Assembly: GCA_041937185.1 (NCBI GenBank)
Contig: CP166621.1
Span: 2,260,571-2,324,570 of the forward strand
From: Leptolyngbya sp. BL-A-14
Lineage (GTDB): Bacteria > Cyanobacteriota > Cyanobacteriia > Leptolyngbyales > Leptolyngbyaceae
Length of the DNA stretch: 64,000 nt
Reading direction: 5' to 3'
Shown here piece after piece: positions 49,609 to 59,675 of the stretch. The stretch's first letter is position 1. The number at the start of each line of letters is the position of its first letter. The position numbers were made by a program, and so were the translations under genes. The notes beneath the pieces were generated by a model that did not search any database, was not told the origin of the DNA, and saw only the letters and a list, made by a program, of their open reading frames with translations.

Positions 49609-50562
49609 TTGCAAATTACCTTTCTTGGAACCAGTTCCGGCGTACCGACGCGATCGCGCAACGTTTCTAGCGTCGCTTTGCGCTTGCCTCAGCGTGCCGA
49701 ATTCTGGCTTTTTGATTGCGGTGAAGGCACTCAACATCAGCTGTTGCGTAGCGAAATTAAGAGCAGTCAGTTAACCCGCATCTTTATCACCCACATGCAC
49801 GGTGATCATATTTTTGGGTTGATGGGGTTGCTTGCAAGCTGTGGACTGGCCGGAAATGTACAGCGCGTTGACATTTACGGCCCTCCTGATTTGGACGAGT
49901 ACCTGAAAGCCTGTCGGCGCTATTCGCAAACCCATTTTTCGTATCCGGTGAAAGTGCATACGGTACGTCCTGGTGTGATTTACGAAGATAGTGAGTTTAC
50001 GGTAAGTTGCGACTTGCTAAAACACCGGGTGCCTGCCTATGGGTATCGTATTGCAGAGCACGATCGCCCCGGTCATTTCGATGTCAAACGTGCCGCAGCA
50101 TTAGGCATTCCGCCGGGTCCCCTTTATGGCAAATTAAAGCGCGGCGAAGTCATTACACTTCCCGATGGGCGGCGCATTCATGGAGCAGATCTGTGCGGTC
50201 CTACAGAAATTGGGCGCAAGCTGGCCTATTGCACCGATACGGTTTTTTGTGAGACATCCATCGAACTGGCGCAGGATGCCGACGTGCTGATTCACGAGGC
50301 GACGTTCGCCCATCAAGATGCAGAAATGGCCTACCAGCGGTTACATTCCACCTCCACGATGGCGGCACAGGTTGCGTTGGCAGCACAGGCAAAGCGATTG
50401 ATTATGACGCACTTTAGCCCACGCTATGCACCGGGTAATGAGATTGAGCTCAAAGATTTGCTGGCAGAAGCCCGTACGATTTTCCCAGAAACGGAGATGG
50501 CCTCTGACTTTTGGACCTACGAAATTCCCCGCCGACAATCAGCGGAATTGGCGGCTGTTTAA
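49609..50562 (+). CDS. rnz: Ribonuclease Z (start probably the TTG at 49609; the ORF opens at 49507)
   Basis: LQITFLGTSSGVPTRSRNVSSVALRL...HMHGDHIFGLMGLL...THFSPRY shows the metallo-beta-lactamase HxHxDH and RNase Z layout. Confidence 0.85.
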   Translation: MQITFLGTSSGVPTRSRNVSSVALRLPQRAEFWLFDCGEGTQHQLLRSEIKSSQLTRIFITHMHGDHIFGLMGLLASCGLAGNVQRVDIYGPPDLDEYLKACRRYSQTHFSYPVKVHTVRPGVIYEDSEFTVSCDLLKHRVPAYGYRIAEHDRPGHFDVKRAAALGIPPGPLYGKLKRGEVITLPDGRRIHGADLCGPTEIGRKLAYCTDTVFCETSIELAQDADVLIHEATFAHQDAEMAYQRLHSTSTMAAQVALAAQAKRLIMTHFSPRYAPGNEIELKDLLAEARTIFPETEMASDFWTYEIPRRQSAELAAV

Positions 50563-50655
50563 TCTCCATTAGTCGATTAGGCCCGACTCTGTAAGCAGGG
50601 TTAGCTGTGACTTTTTAACTTATCACTCAAACTAATTCGCCACCCAAACCGTCGC

Positions 50656-51078
50656 TCAATGGCCGTTCGCTCGACGTAGTCGATCGCGCACTTGCCCAAT
50701 GACTGCCTGGCTACTAATAGGCGCGCGTGGCTGAGGCAGATCCATATTTGGCCAGCCTGGTAGATCAATACAGGGGCATTCCAACGTTGCAACACCTTGC
50801 ACTTTAATCGGTACCGGCATTTCACAACGACTGCATGGATTCACTTCCCAGGCTGGGCTAAGGAGTTCCGCGATCGTTTGATCCGTTCCTTCTAAGTAAC
50901 AATCGCCTGCGTCACCCGAACGGACTAGCTGCCAGCAGGACTCGAATTCCTGGCTGTAGTGATCGCCTTGAATCACCGGACGAGGCTGCAAAAACTCTTT
51001 CCCACCTCGAATGGCAAGTCGTTTGCCCAACTGAAACCAGTAGGCGAGGTACTGTCTAACGTATTGTTCAGATGCCAT
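50656..51078 (-). CDS. Hypothetical Cys-containing protein
   Basis: 140-aa ORF; family not recognised. Confidence 0.4.
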   Translation of the reverse strand: MASEQYVRQYLAYWFQLGKRLAIRGGKEFLQPRPVIQGDHYSQEFESCWQLVRSGDAGDCYLEGTDQTIAELLSPAWEVNPCSRCEMPVPIKVQGVATLECPCIDLPGWPNMDLPQPRAPISSQAVIGQVRDRLRRANGH

Positions 51079-51274
51079 AGCGTTGAAACGAAGAGCTAAA
51101 AACTGCTCTGCAATAGTTGAGTGACGTGTCTACTCTCCTTATGGCGCTTCTGCAACTAACAGGCTTCCAGCCAAAGGTTGAACTCAAAAGGAAGTCTTCC
51201 GATAGATTTATGCTAGTCCGTGCAGGTTGGTCTATTGGTAAGCTAAATCTTTAACTAAGCTTAAATTCTTACGA

Positions 51275-51480
51275 GACAAGCAGAAGGCAGAGGGCAGAAG
51301 GCAGGGGGCAGAGGGCAGAAGGCAGGGGGCAGAAGGCAGAGGGCAGGGGAAGCAGGGGGAGCAAGGGCTGAAAAGGACAGGAGATAAGAGACGGGGGACA
51401 GGAGTTAGAAGTTGAGAGTCAGGAGTCAGAAGCCAGAATTAACTCAGAACTCAAAACTCAAAACTCAAAACTTAAAACTC
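51275..51480. repeat. Largest STRR array in the window: ~10 GGCAGRR units, then GTCAGRA units, then ACTCAAA x4
   Basis: gcagaaggcagagggcagaaggcagggggcagagggcagaaggcagggggcagaaggcagagggcag...gagtcaggagtcagaagccag...actcaaaactcaaaactcaaaacttaaaactc. Confidence 0.9.
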
Positions 51481-51505
51481 CCAGGTTGACCACTGACTGC
51501 TGACT

Positions 51506-52066
51506 TCATCTATTTCTTTCTAGTGGGGTGCCCAAGGCGCTTAGATTGAGGACGTGGCCTCCAGTGACGAGATAGACGGGGTGAGCGATCGCGCCGATGC
51601 GTCGAGTGAGTGTGCCGAGGCGATCGCGAAACAACCGCCCTATGGGGTATGCAGGTACGACGCCCCACCCGGTTTCCTCAGCGACCAAAATGATATCGCT
51701 CGTGGTGTTGCGCAGGATGTGTAAGAGTTCAGCCAGGGTTTTGTTCCAGGTCTCCTGATCCTGATCCAACAGGTTTGCTAGCCAGGTGCCCAGAGAATCG
51801 ACCAGAAGGCAACTGTTTGATGGTGCGGTTTGAATCGTTTCAGCTAGAGCGATCGGCACTGCCAGCGTTTGCCAGGTAGAGGGACGGCGCTGCTGATGCT
51901 GCTCAATGCGCGTTTGCCATTCGCGATCAGTGGGGTCAATTTGAGCCGTTGCGACGTAAATAACTGGCTTACCAGACCGATCGGCTAGAGTTTCGGCCCA
52001 TTCGCTTTTGCCCGATCGTGCTGGACCTGTTACCAATATGAGCTGATGTTCAGACGTTGCCATCAC
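51506..52066 (-). CDS. cobU: Bifunctional adenosylcobinamide kinase / adenosylcobinamide-phosphate guanylyltransferase
   Basis: LILVTGPARSGKSEWAE P-loop, YVATAQ, ETLVDSLGTWL-like LVDSLGTWLANLL. The size (186 aa) fits CobU/CobP. Confidence 0.9.
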   Translation of the reverse strand: MMATSEHQLILVTGPARSGKSEWAETLADRSGKPVIYVATAQIDPTDREWQTRIEQHQQRRPSTWQTLAVPIALAETIQTAPSNSCLLVDSLGTWLANLLDQDQETWNKTLAELLHILRNTTSDIILVAEETGWGVVPAYPIGRLFRDRLGTLTRRIGAIAHPVYLVTGGHVLNLSALGTPLERNR

Positions 52067-52457
52067 GTTCTCCCTTCCTAAGCCAATGTACTAAACCAAT
52101 TGCGGTTCTTAAGGAGATTTTTAGAAAACAAATGACCTGTACGGGCAGGTTATGCAGAGAGCCTGTCGTTGTAGCGTTCAGTTTTGGCTAAACCTGCCTC
52201 TACCAATGGGTATCTTCGTTCGTAGGAATCGCCTAAGTAACCCGAATCTAATTTTTAACCAACGAATTCTGTGTACTCAACGCCTGCTGCCTGCTCCAAC
52301 GGATGTGACCCGAAACAAAGATTCACTGATGTTGAGAGTAGCTTTTCTAACAACATCTGTCGCTAGATGGGCTGTTCTCTCTCGATCGTTAGATGTTGCT
52401 GCCTTCATCCTTTGTGACCCTTAAAGGCAAGGTTGAGCCTCGGAACAGGAGAGAGTT

Positions 52458-53510
52458 TTGGAAATTAACAGACGTGACTTATTAAAAGCGGTGTCTACCT
52501 CTGGCATCGTTGCTGCCGGAGTGGTTGCTACAGAAGGATGGTTGAAGCCACTGCTGGCTCAGGACGGAGCCGCTCAGACCACGCCAACACCTCAGTCAAC
52601 GAAGCGTGGCGAAATGCTGTACCGAACCCTGGGGCGCACAAACGAGCGCGTGTCGCTGATTGGGTTGGGTGGCCATCACATTGGTAGACCACCGAATGAA
52701 CAGGATGGTATCAGGCTCATTCATGCCGCGATCGACCGGGGCATCAACTTCATGGACAATAGCTGGGACTATCACGATGGTGGCAGCGAAATTCGCATGG
52801 GCAAAGCGCTCCAGAATGGCTATCGCGATAAGGTTTTTCTGATGACCAAAATTGACGGTCGCACGAAGAAAGAAGCCGCACGACAAATTGATCAATCCTT
52901 GAAGCGCTTGCAAACCGATCGCATTGACCTATTGCAGCATCATGAAGTCATTCGGCTAGAAGACCCCGATCGCATCTTTGCGACCGGTGGGGCACAGGAA
53001 GCCTTTTTAGAAGCGAAACAGGCGGGCAAGATTCGCTACATCGGGTTTACGGGGCATAAAGACCCCATGGTGCATCTCCGCATGCTGGAAATTGCAGCCA
53101 AACACAACTTCCGCTTCGATACGGTACAAATGCCGCTGAACGTGATGGATGCCCATTTCCGCAGCTTTGAAAAGCAAGTGCTGCCTGTGCTGCTTAAAGA
53201 CGGCATTGGCGTGCTGGGGATGAAGTCGATGGGCGACCAGATCATTCTCAAGAGCAATACGGTGAAGCCGATCGAGTGCCTCCACTACGCCATGAACCTT
53301 CCTGTTTCCACCGTCATTACAGGCATTGAGAGCATGCCGATTTTGGATCAGGCGTTTGAGGCTGCTCGTACCTTCCAGCCGATGGATCAAGCTCAAGTGG
53401 CGGCCTTGCTGCAACGGACTGCTCAAGCGGCGGCTACGGGTGAGTATGAGAAGTTCAAAACCAGCAGCCAATTTGATAGCACCGCTAAAAAACCGCAATA
53501 TTTGGGTTGA
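52458..53510 (+). CDS. Aldo/keto reductase with a twin-arginine (Tat) signal peptide
   Basis: MEINRRDLLKAVSTSGIVAAG is a Tat motif; AKR pattern LGRTNERVSLIGLGGHHIG...IDRGINFMDNSWDY. Confidence 0.85.
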   Translation: MEINRRDLLKAVSTSGIVAAGVVATEGWLKPLLAQDGAAQTTPTPQSTKRGEMLYRTLGRTNERVSLIGLGGHHIGRPPNEQDGIRLIHAAIDRGINFMDNSWDYHDGGSEIRMGKALQNGYRDKVFLMTKIDGRTKKEAARQIDQSLKRLQTDRIDLLQHHEVIRLEDPDRIFATGGAQEAFLEAKQAGKIRYIGFTGHKDPMVHLRMLEIAAKHNFRFDTVQMPLNVMDAHFRSFEKQVLPVLLKDGIGVLGMKSMGDQIILKSNTVKPIECLHYAMNLPVSTVITGIESMPILDQAFEAARTFQPMDQAQVAALLQRTAQAAATGEYEKFKTSSQFDSTAKKPQYLG

Positions 53511-53708
53511 GCTTCATTTGGGTTGTCACGACTTACTCCATTGCGTTCAAGCGGTTCAAAAGCGGAAACACGGCTCGTCACGCTACGCTAAAGCAAAGGG
53601 GCTAGTCAGTGTTTAGAGTGCTGCAACGGTGGGCATGAGCCTGGTTATCGTTGCAGCACAAACGGCGATTTGTAGCCTGAAGGAATTCATCAAAGCGAGA
53701 GAAGGAGT

Positions 53709-54530
53709 ATGTTGCTGGATAAGCTTGAAAACCTGAACACGTTGTTTGCTGGAATGGAGCGGGCGCTGATTGCCTATTCTGGCGGCATTGATAGTACGCT
53801 AGTCGCGAAGGTTGCCTACGATGTACTGGGCGATCGTGCCCTTGCCGTTACCGCTGTTTCTCCCTCTCTTCTGCCCGAAGATTTGGAGGATGCTTGCGTG
53901 CAAGCGGCTGAGATTGGCATTGCCCATGAGTTGGTACAGACCCACGAAATGGACAACCCCAACTACACGGCAAACCCAGCAAATCGCTGCTATTTCTGCA
54001 AAAGCGAACTGCACGACACGCTGAAACCACTGGCACTGGAGCGCGGCTATCCCTATGTGGTGGATGGTGTCAATGCCGATGATTTGTCCGATTATCGACC
54101 GGGCATTCAGGCGGCAAAGGAACGCGGTGCCCGATCGCCCCTTGCAGAGGTTGGTATCAGTAAGGTCGAAGTGCGCGAAATCGCTAAGCATCTGGGGCTT
54201 GCATGTTGGGATAAACCCGCACAGCCATGCCTCAGTTCACGCTTTCCCTACGGTGAGGAGATTACGATCGCCAAACTCCAGCGCGTGGGTCGAGCCGAAG
54301 CCACATTGCGACGGATGGGGCTCAGAACCTTTCGAGTCCGTTCTGAGGGTGATACTGCCCGCATCGAACTGCCTGCTGAAAAGCTGAAGGAATTTGTGCT
54401 GACCACCGATTTGCCGACACTGGTCGAAAAATTCCAGTCTGTCGGTTTTCTCTACGTCACCCTTGACCTGGAAGGATTTCGCAGTGGTAAGTTAAATCAG
54501 GTGCTTCAGTTTGCGACGGCTGAAAAATGA
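53709..54530 (+). CDS. larE: LarE-like PP-loop ATP pyrophosphatase (sacrificial sulfur transferase of nickel-pincer cofactor biosynthesis; TIGR00268 family)
   Basis: The PP-loop is IAYSGGIDST. The conserved Cys sits in the PCLSSRFPYGE context (the LarE sacrificial Cys position). 273 aa. Confidence 0.75.
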   Translation: MLLDKLENLNTLFAGMERALIAYSGGIDSTLVAKVAYDVLGDRALAVTAVSPSLLPEDLEDACVQAAEIGIAHELVQTHEMDNPNYTANPANRCYFCKSELHDTLKPLALERGYPYVVDGVNADDLSDYRPGIQAAKERGARSPLAEVGISKVEVREIAKHLGLACWDKPAQPCLSSRFPYGEEITIAKLQRVGRAEATLRRMGLRTFRVRSEGDTARIELPAEKLKEFVLTTDLPTLVEKFQSVGFLYVTLDLEGFRSGKLNQVLQFATAEK

Positions 54531-54542
54531 GGACAAGCTGAC

Positions 54543-55211
54543 ATGACGCGATCGCCTGCCCTGAATCAAGAGATCCATTATCCCGACAGCGATGGGCAAC
54601 CAATGGCTGACAATACCAAACAGTTCAACTGGATTGTGTATATCAAGTTGGGCTGTGAAGCGCTGTTTAAGGATGATCCCAACGTCTTTGTGGCGGGTGA
54701 TTTGCTCTGGTATCCCGTTGAAGGAGACAACACGATCAAAGCGGCTCCCGATACGATGGTCGTGTTTGGTCGTCCCAAGGGCGATAGAGGTTCCTACCAG
54801 CAGTGGAAAGAGGACAACATCACGCCTCAAGTGGTGTTTGAAATCCTTTCTCCTGGAAATACGCTGGTCGAGATGGCGAAAAAGTTTCGCTTTTATGAGC
54901 GCTACGGCGTTGAAGAATATTACCTTTATGACCCCGACAAAGGCGATTTTAGCGGCTGGCTTCGCTCAGGCGATTTTTTAGAGGTCATTGAAACCCCGAT
55001 CGGCTGGATCAGTCCCCGTTTAAACGTCCGCTTTGAGCTAGTGGAGGGCGAACTAGAGATCTATCGCCCCGATGGGGAGAAGTTTGCGACCTATCTAGAA
55101 CTGATCGAACAGACCGAACAAGCTCAACAGCAATTAGAACAAGAACGGCAACGATCGTACAAACTAGCTGCCAAACTGAAAGAATTGGGCATCAACCCAG
55201 AAGCGTTATAA
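54543..55211 (+). CDS. Uma2-family (DUF820) endonuclease with a C-terminal coiled coil
   Basis: ...PDTMVVFGRPKGDRGSY...VFEILSPGNT...GVEEYYLYDP... Confidence 0.75.
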   Translation: MTRSPALNQEIHYPDSDGQPMADNTKQFNWIVYIKLGCEALFKDDPNVFVAGDLLWYPVEGDNTIKAAPDTMVVFGRPKGDRGSYQQWKEDNITPQVVFEILSPGNTLVEMAKKFRFYERYGVEEYYLYDPDKGDFSGWLRSGDFLEVIETPIGWISPRLNVRFELVEGELEIYRPDGEKFATYLELIEQTEQAQQQLEQERQRSYKLAAKLKELGINPEAL

Positions 55212-55260
55212 AAGGTTGCCTTTTGTAGAGACATTCTATGGAACCTCCCTACAAAGGGGA

Positions 55261-56025
55261 TTAAAGGGCGATCGACTGCCGTGCTTTGTAGAGGGTGGAA
55301 CCCAATACTTCTGGCTGTGTACTGTTGCCGAGCAAGCGCAAAGTATTGACCTTGATGCCACTTTCAACGTTCTCGCGCTGAAAGTCGATCGCATACTCAG
55401 GAATGGGCTGAGGCGCGCAAAGCATGGCACAGATTTCCTGATCCCGCATCTCAAATCTTAAGCAAAGGGGCACAGCAAGCGTCTGCTCAAACCGGAAATC
55501 CTTGTAACCATAAACTACCGTGGCATCAGAACCCAGTGGTGCAAAGCGAGTCTCATCCGTATAAATGTCTTGCGAATGGGGATGGCGCTCCAGTACCTTC
55601 AGTCCGGCTTTGAGACTCAAAACATACAGCAAGCCAGAAAGCTGGCAAAGCCCGCCCCCAACGTCTGCCTTGAGTTGGTTCTGAATAATGGTGCGCCCTT
55701 CCAGATAACCTTTCGCCTGACTTGGCTCACCCACCAACTGCCAGAAGGAAAAAATGGCTCCAGGCAAAATGGCGATGTTTTGAAGGCGCTGTATGGCTAA
55801 TGCCAGATTGTGCTTTTTGTTTTCGGATAGGGTTGTGGCAGGGATCGGCTGAACGATCGCAATCTGCGGTGTGAAGCGCTGTTTTTCGTCGTCGGTCATG
55901 GGGCGAAACGCAACAAATTTAGCTGCGTGCCCGACCCAAAGATCAGTGGTCGATCGCTGAATGACTCGACACCGCCTTCTCCAATACGGCGAAATGAACT
56001 GTTTCATACAATGCGTTTTAGGCAA
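55261..56025 (-). CDS. VanW-family protein
   Basis: GGGLCQLSGLLY and the overall VanW layout. Confidence 0.7.
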   Translation of the reverse strand: MPKTHCMKQFISPYWRRRCRVIQRSTTDLWVGHAAKFVAFRPMTDDEKQRFTPQIAIVQPIPATTLSENKKHNLALAIQRLQNIAILPGAIFSFWQLVGEPSQAKGYLEGRTIIQNQLKADVGGGLCQLSGLLYVLSLKAGLKVLERHPHSQDIYTDETRFAPLGSDATVVYGYKDFRFEQTLAVPLCLRFEMRDQEICAMLCAPQPIPEYAIDFQRENVESGIKVNTLRLLGNSTQPEVLGSTLYKARQSIAL

Positions 56026-56149
56026 TCCTTTTCTTCATACCACCCGTTCTACAGCGGAACACAGGCTCATTTCGTAGCGCGATCGTGTGTTTCCCGTTTT
56101 AGGCAAACGGATCGATGGAGCACCATTCTGAAGCAATCGCAATCACTCT

Positions 56150-56503
56150 TCAAGCTTGTGGCAAGAAAAGGGCGATCGCAAATAGTCCCGTTGCTACCAA
56201 ACTCAGCCCTGCCAGCAAGCCTGCGGGCATAAATTTGTTCGTTGCGCGAAAGCGGAGGGCAAAGACAATCACCAACGCTAAGGCAATGATGGTGGCGATC
56301 GCCAGTCCCACCGTAGGATTTTGCAAGCTGACGTACCAGGCGATCGCCAATGCAATGCCGCTGCCCAGACCTGAGATGAGCGATTGATTACTCTTCGCTT
56401 TGACGTAGCCAATGATGCCACCGATCGCCACAAGCAGCGCGTAGACTAGAATGAGCCAGATAATCGTTGCCAAAGGTGTGCCTCCTTTTTTCCAACATTT
56501 CAC
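56150..56503 (-). CDS. TMEM14 / UPF0136-family small membrane protein (start uncertain)
   Basis: Four predicted TM helices, a GGIIGY-like motif and ~110 aa. Confidence 0.5.
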   Translation of the reverse strand: MKCWKKGGTPLATIIWLILVYALLVAIGGIIGYVKAKSNQSLISGLGSGIALAIAWYVSLQNPTVGLAIATIIALALVIVFALRFRATNKFMPAGLLAGLSLVATGLFAIALFLPQA

Positions 56504-56544
56504 ACCCTACACCGTATTCTGACCGTTCACGTCTCGTCGTCATA

Positions 56545-57492
56545 ATGCTTCTTACACAGACCATTCCCGTTCTGGATTTGCGCGATTTTTATGCGGTCGA
56601 TCGGCGTCAAGCCTTCATCCATGAGTTAGGCAGAGCTCTGGAAGGCATCGGCTTTTTTGCGGTGACGCACCACGGCGTTGATGCCGATCTCATTCAAGCG
56701 GCCTACGCAGCAACGGAAGCGTTTTTCACCCTGCCGGAAGTGGTGAAGCTGCGGTATGAAGACCCTGCTCTGCACGGACAACGGGGCTTTACCCGCTTTG
56801 GGCGCGAACATGCCAAAGATCATCCTGTGCCCGATCTCAAAGAATTCTGGCATGTGGGGCGCGACCTACCACCTGATCATCCCTTAGCAACCAAATATCC
56901 AGCAAACGTATCACCCATTGAAGTGCCGCAGTTTGCCACCGTCATGAACCAGCTTTACGCGCAGTTAGAGGCATGTGCGATGGAACTGCTGAAAGCATGT
57001 GCTCTATATCTAGGCGAGCCAGAAACCTTGCTGAGCGACATGATGCGCGATAGCGATACCATTCTGCGCGTAATTCACTATCCGCCGATCGCCCCCGATG
57101 TTCATCCTGCCAGTCTGCGCGCTGCCGCTCATGAAGATATCAACCTCATCACGCTCTTATGCGAAGCCACAGACGACGGGCTTGAACTCTTGCAGCGAGA
57201 TGGCACCTGGCGATCGATCCGGGCGTTACCGGGACAGATCATCGTGGATAGTGGCGATATGCTGCAACAGCTCACGAATGGTCTGCTCAAAAGCACCACT
57301 CATCGCGTAGTCAATCCAGTTAATGCACGCGATCGCCGCTTTTCCATGCCGTTTTTCGCCCATCCCCGTCCCGAAGTAGACCTTACACCCCTCCCAAGTT
57401 GCATCGCCAAAACGGGACAGAAACCGTTCCCCAATATCACTGCTGGAGCATACCTGCAACAACGCCTGCGGGAGATTGGCTTGGCAGGGTAA
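56545..57492 (+). CDS. 2OG-Fe(II) oxygenase (isopenicillin-N-synthase-like family)
   Basis: The internal start MLLTQTIPVLDL is used. The HED...H iron-binding triad context (AHEDINLITLL ... THRV) and a non-haem dioxygenase N-terminal domain are present. Confidence 0.8.
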   Translation: MLLTQTIPVLDLRDFYAVDRRQAFIHELGRALEGIGFFAVTHHGVDADLIQAAYAATEAFFTLPEVVKLRYEDPALHGQRGFTRFGREHAKDHPVPDLKEFWHVGRDLPPDHPLATKYPANVSPIEVPQFATVMNQLYAQLEACAMELLKACALYLGEPETLLSDMMRDSDTILRVIHYPPIAPDVHPASLRAAAHEDINLITLLCEATDDGLELLQRDGTWRSIRALPGQIIVDSGDMLQQLTNGLLKSTTHRVVNPVNARDRRFSMPFFAHPRPEVDLTPLPSCIAKTGQKPFPNITAGAYLQQRLREIGLAG

Positions 57493-57661
57493 AGGAAGTT
57501 GTTAGTTGTTAGTTTCTAGTTGTTAGAAGGGGTGATGGGAAAATTTAGGAGAAGGCTACAAGGCGGGAGCTAAAAGTTACAAGCTCGTCAAGGTTGGCTC
57601 TTTACTAAAAACTTTTCTTGAATGCCCAACGGGCTATACAACCAACAACTAAAAACTACTC

Positions 57662-57757
57662 TCACCCTCCGGCAGCAAAGGTCACCATGACGGCAACCGA
57701 AAGGAGAAGGCCCGGAAACAGCATCAGCGCTAGCATCAAAAGATCGTGTGTGTTCAT
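57662..57757 (-). CDS. Possible 31-aa hydrophobic small protein (below the ORF-track cutoff)
   Basis: The manual translation is MNTHDLLMLALMLFPGLLLSVAVMVTFAAGG*. An AAGG lies ~9 nt upstream. It does not match any small photosystem or cytochrome subunit that I can recall. Confidence 0.2.
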   Translation of the reverse strand: MNTHDLLMLALMLFPGLLLSVAVMVTFAAGG

Positions 57758-58055
57758 TTAGTACCTTGAGCGATAGACAGAGAGCTGGGTTGGGGGCCAC
57801 GATCACGGTGTCGATTAGCAACACCGATTGTGACCTGTCTTCATCCTAGTGAACGATCCTCCCCCTCCTACCTCAAAAGCATTGAGAAATGCTGAAGATT
57901 GTGTCGATCATAGAACGACGTTTAGACGTAAGGTAATGAGAGCAGCAGGGTAAGGGGCCATCCCTGTACAGCAAGAGCCGTTTTTAAACGGGAGACCGCA
58001 CTGAATGCCCCCTGCATAAGACCTTACGCTTGTTAACGGAGAACGATGCTGAAGC

Positions 58056-58457
58056 TTGAAACGTCTTCCTGCTTCAACGCTGGAGTCCATCCTTGAGTCA
58101 ACTATGAGCAATTTTTCTTTTGATGACCTGTTGCGACGAGATTTTCTTAGAGGGTTGGGTCTATGGATTGTCATTGAGATCGTTAGTTTTCTGGTGTTGC
58201 CAGGGATTGGAGCGATTCAACCGGGCGATCGCCTGAAGGTTTGGTTTGGTCTTAGCATTCCTTTGGGGATCGGTGGGGCACTGCTTTTGGGCGGTAGCTC
58301 TCGCTTTGTTGCCATTACCAACGAACGGACGGCGAGCGGTAGCAAAACACTGCTCAGTTTGTTAGGGCAGTTTGCTGGGTCAATTGGCATTGCAGGCATT
58401 CTCTTCCCCTTTGTGATGGCGGCGGGTGAGTTTCTTGCCAAAATTTTTGCGCGGTAG
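58056..58457 (+). CDS. Hypothetical membrane protein
   Basis: About three TM helices; a possible internal start at MSNFSF. Confidence 0.4.
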   Translation: MKRLPASTLESILESTMSNFSFDDLLRRDFLRGLGLWIVIEIVSFLVLPGIGAIQPGDRLKVWFGLSIPLGIGGALLLGGSSRFVAITNERTASGSKTLLSLLGQFAGSIGIAGILFPFVMAAGEFLAKIFAR

Positions 58458-58540
58458 CATTGAGGAAGGCTGTTTTGAAAGGGATGCTTGGAAGCAGTAT
58501 CACTGTGGAGCGGCCTTAGACACACGCAAAGAAGGAAAAA

Positions 58541-59158
58541 GTGGCGATGGTCAGTGCGGCTTCGCTAACGCTACCCACCCATGCATTAAAGGAATGGCAG
58601 GTTGCTGTTAATGCATTGGAGCAGGGTGAAACAATCATGCTGCTGCGGAAAGGAGGGATTCGCGAGGCGGGAGGGAGGTTTACGATCCCGCATGATCGGG
58701 CCTGGCTCTATCCCACCTACGAACACCAGCGATCGCACCTGGTCAAACGCCCGTATATGGATGCGATCACTCCGGTTGAGCCTGGTTGGTACCCTAAGAC
58801 TGTGCGCCTTGGTTCATGGGCGCTTATCACTGACTGCTTTCAGATTGGCGCTGCGGCCAAAGTAGCTGCCTTGCTTCCTTTTCATCTTTGGAATGAAGCC
58901 TTTGTCGCAGAACGGTTGAAGTGGAAACCCAATCAGCCGTTGGACGTTCTCCTCCTGCGGGTTTATAGGCTGCCGTTGCCGCAGATGTTACCCTATGACA
59001 CAGCCTATGGGGGCTGTAAATCGTGGCTTGACTTGACGCCGATCGTGCAACAGGTATCTTTCACTCAGGCGTGGGCTGATAGTGTGCCAGCGCTGAGCGA
59101 TGCGGATTATGACGAGCAGAAAGACGCGATTCAAGCGATCTTACGTCAGTACTTGTAA
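58541..59158 (+). CDS. Hypothetical conserved protein (possibly DUF1802-like)
   Basis: 205-aa ORF with protein-like composition; the family assignment rests on recall only. Confidence 0.35.
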   Translation: MAMVSAASLTLPTHALKEWQVAVNALEQGETIMLLRKGGIREAGGRFTIPHDRAWLYPTYEHQRSHLVKRPYMDAITPVEPGWYPKTVRLGSWALITDCFQIGAAAKVAALLPFHLWNEAFVAERLKWKPNQPLDVLLLRVYRLPLPQMLPYDTAYGGCKSWLDLTPIVQQVSFTQAWADSVPALSDADYDEQKDAIQAILRQYL

Positions 59159-59419
59159 GCGCATACTGATGCCAGCGATCGCTGTGGATAAAATTTTGTG
59201 AATGACGCCATCCAAACTCTACATCTGGTGGCATCATGAGGTGGAATTGGAATCTTGCCCCCAAATAGGGTAAGGTCAGTCGTGTATTTTCAGTTGAAGT
59301 CGCCTCGGGTGCCGTATGGGGAGTCATGCTCTGGTATTGAAGCGATTCGTGCATCTCAGCCAGGAGCGTTGCGTGTGGTCTTAGGAGAGAGAACTAAATA
59401 AAACCGATAATCTGTAGGG

Positions 59420-59479
59420 GTTTAGCATTCGGCAGGTGCGCCCTTGGTTACGGCAAAGATCGTTGCCCGAATGCTAAAC
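59420..59479 (+). other. Long perfect stem-loop (13-bp arms GTTTAGCATTCGG / CCGAATGCTAAAC) with a 34-nt structured loop, in a 520-bp intergenic region
   Basis: Read directly from the sequence. The loop contains a nested GGCAA/TTGCC stem. No U-tract follows. Confidence 0.4.
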
Positions 59480-59675
59480 ACTTGCGCTTGAGTTTCCGGT
59501 GTTATTTAATCCACGATCCTTAGAAAAGCTGGCAAAGTTTGAGCGCTGTTGGTCATCGCTTGCTTTTTGAAAGGTTCTCTGATGGCGAAATACGCTGGTT
59601 GCGACTATCCTATAGCCAGATTCAGCATAGTCAGGCCAATCGAATGCCAGATTTATCCGATAGATTCAGCGCAAA

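Noticed and set aside
53007-53498. A 163-aa minus-strand ORF
   Set aside because: It is antisense to the well-supported Tat-signal aldo/keto reductase gene.
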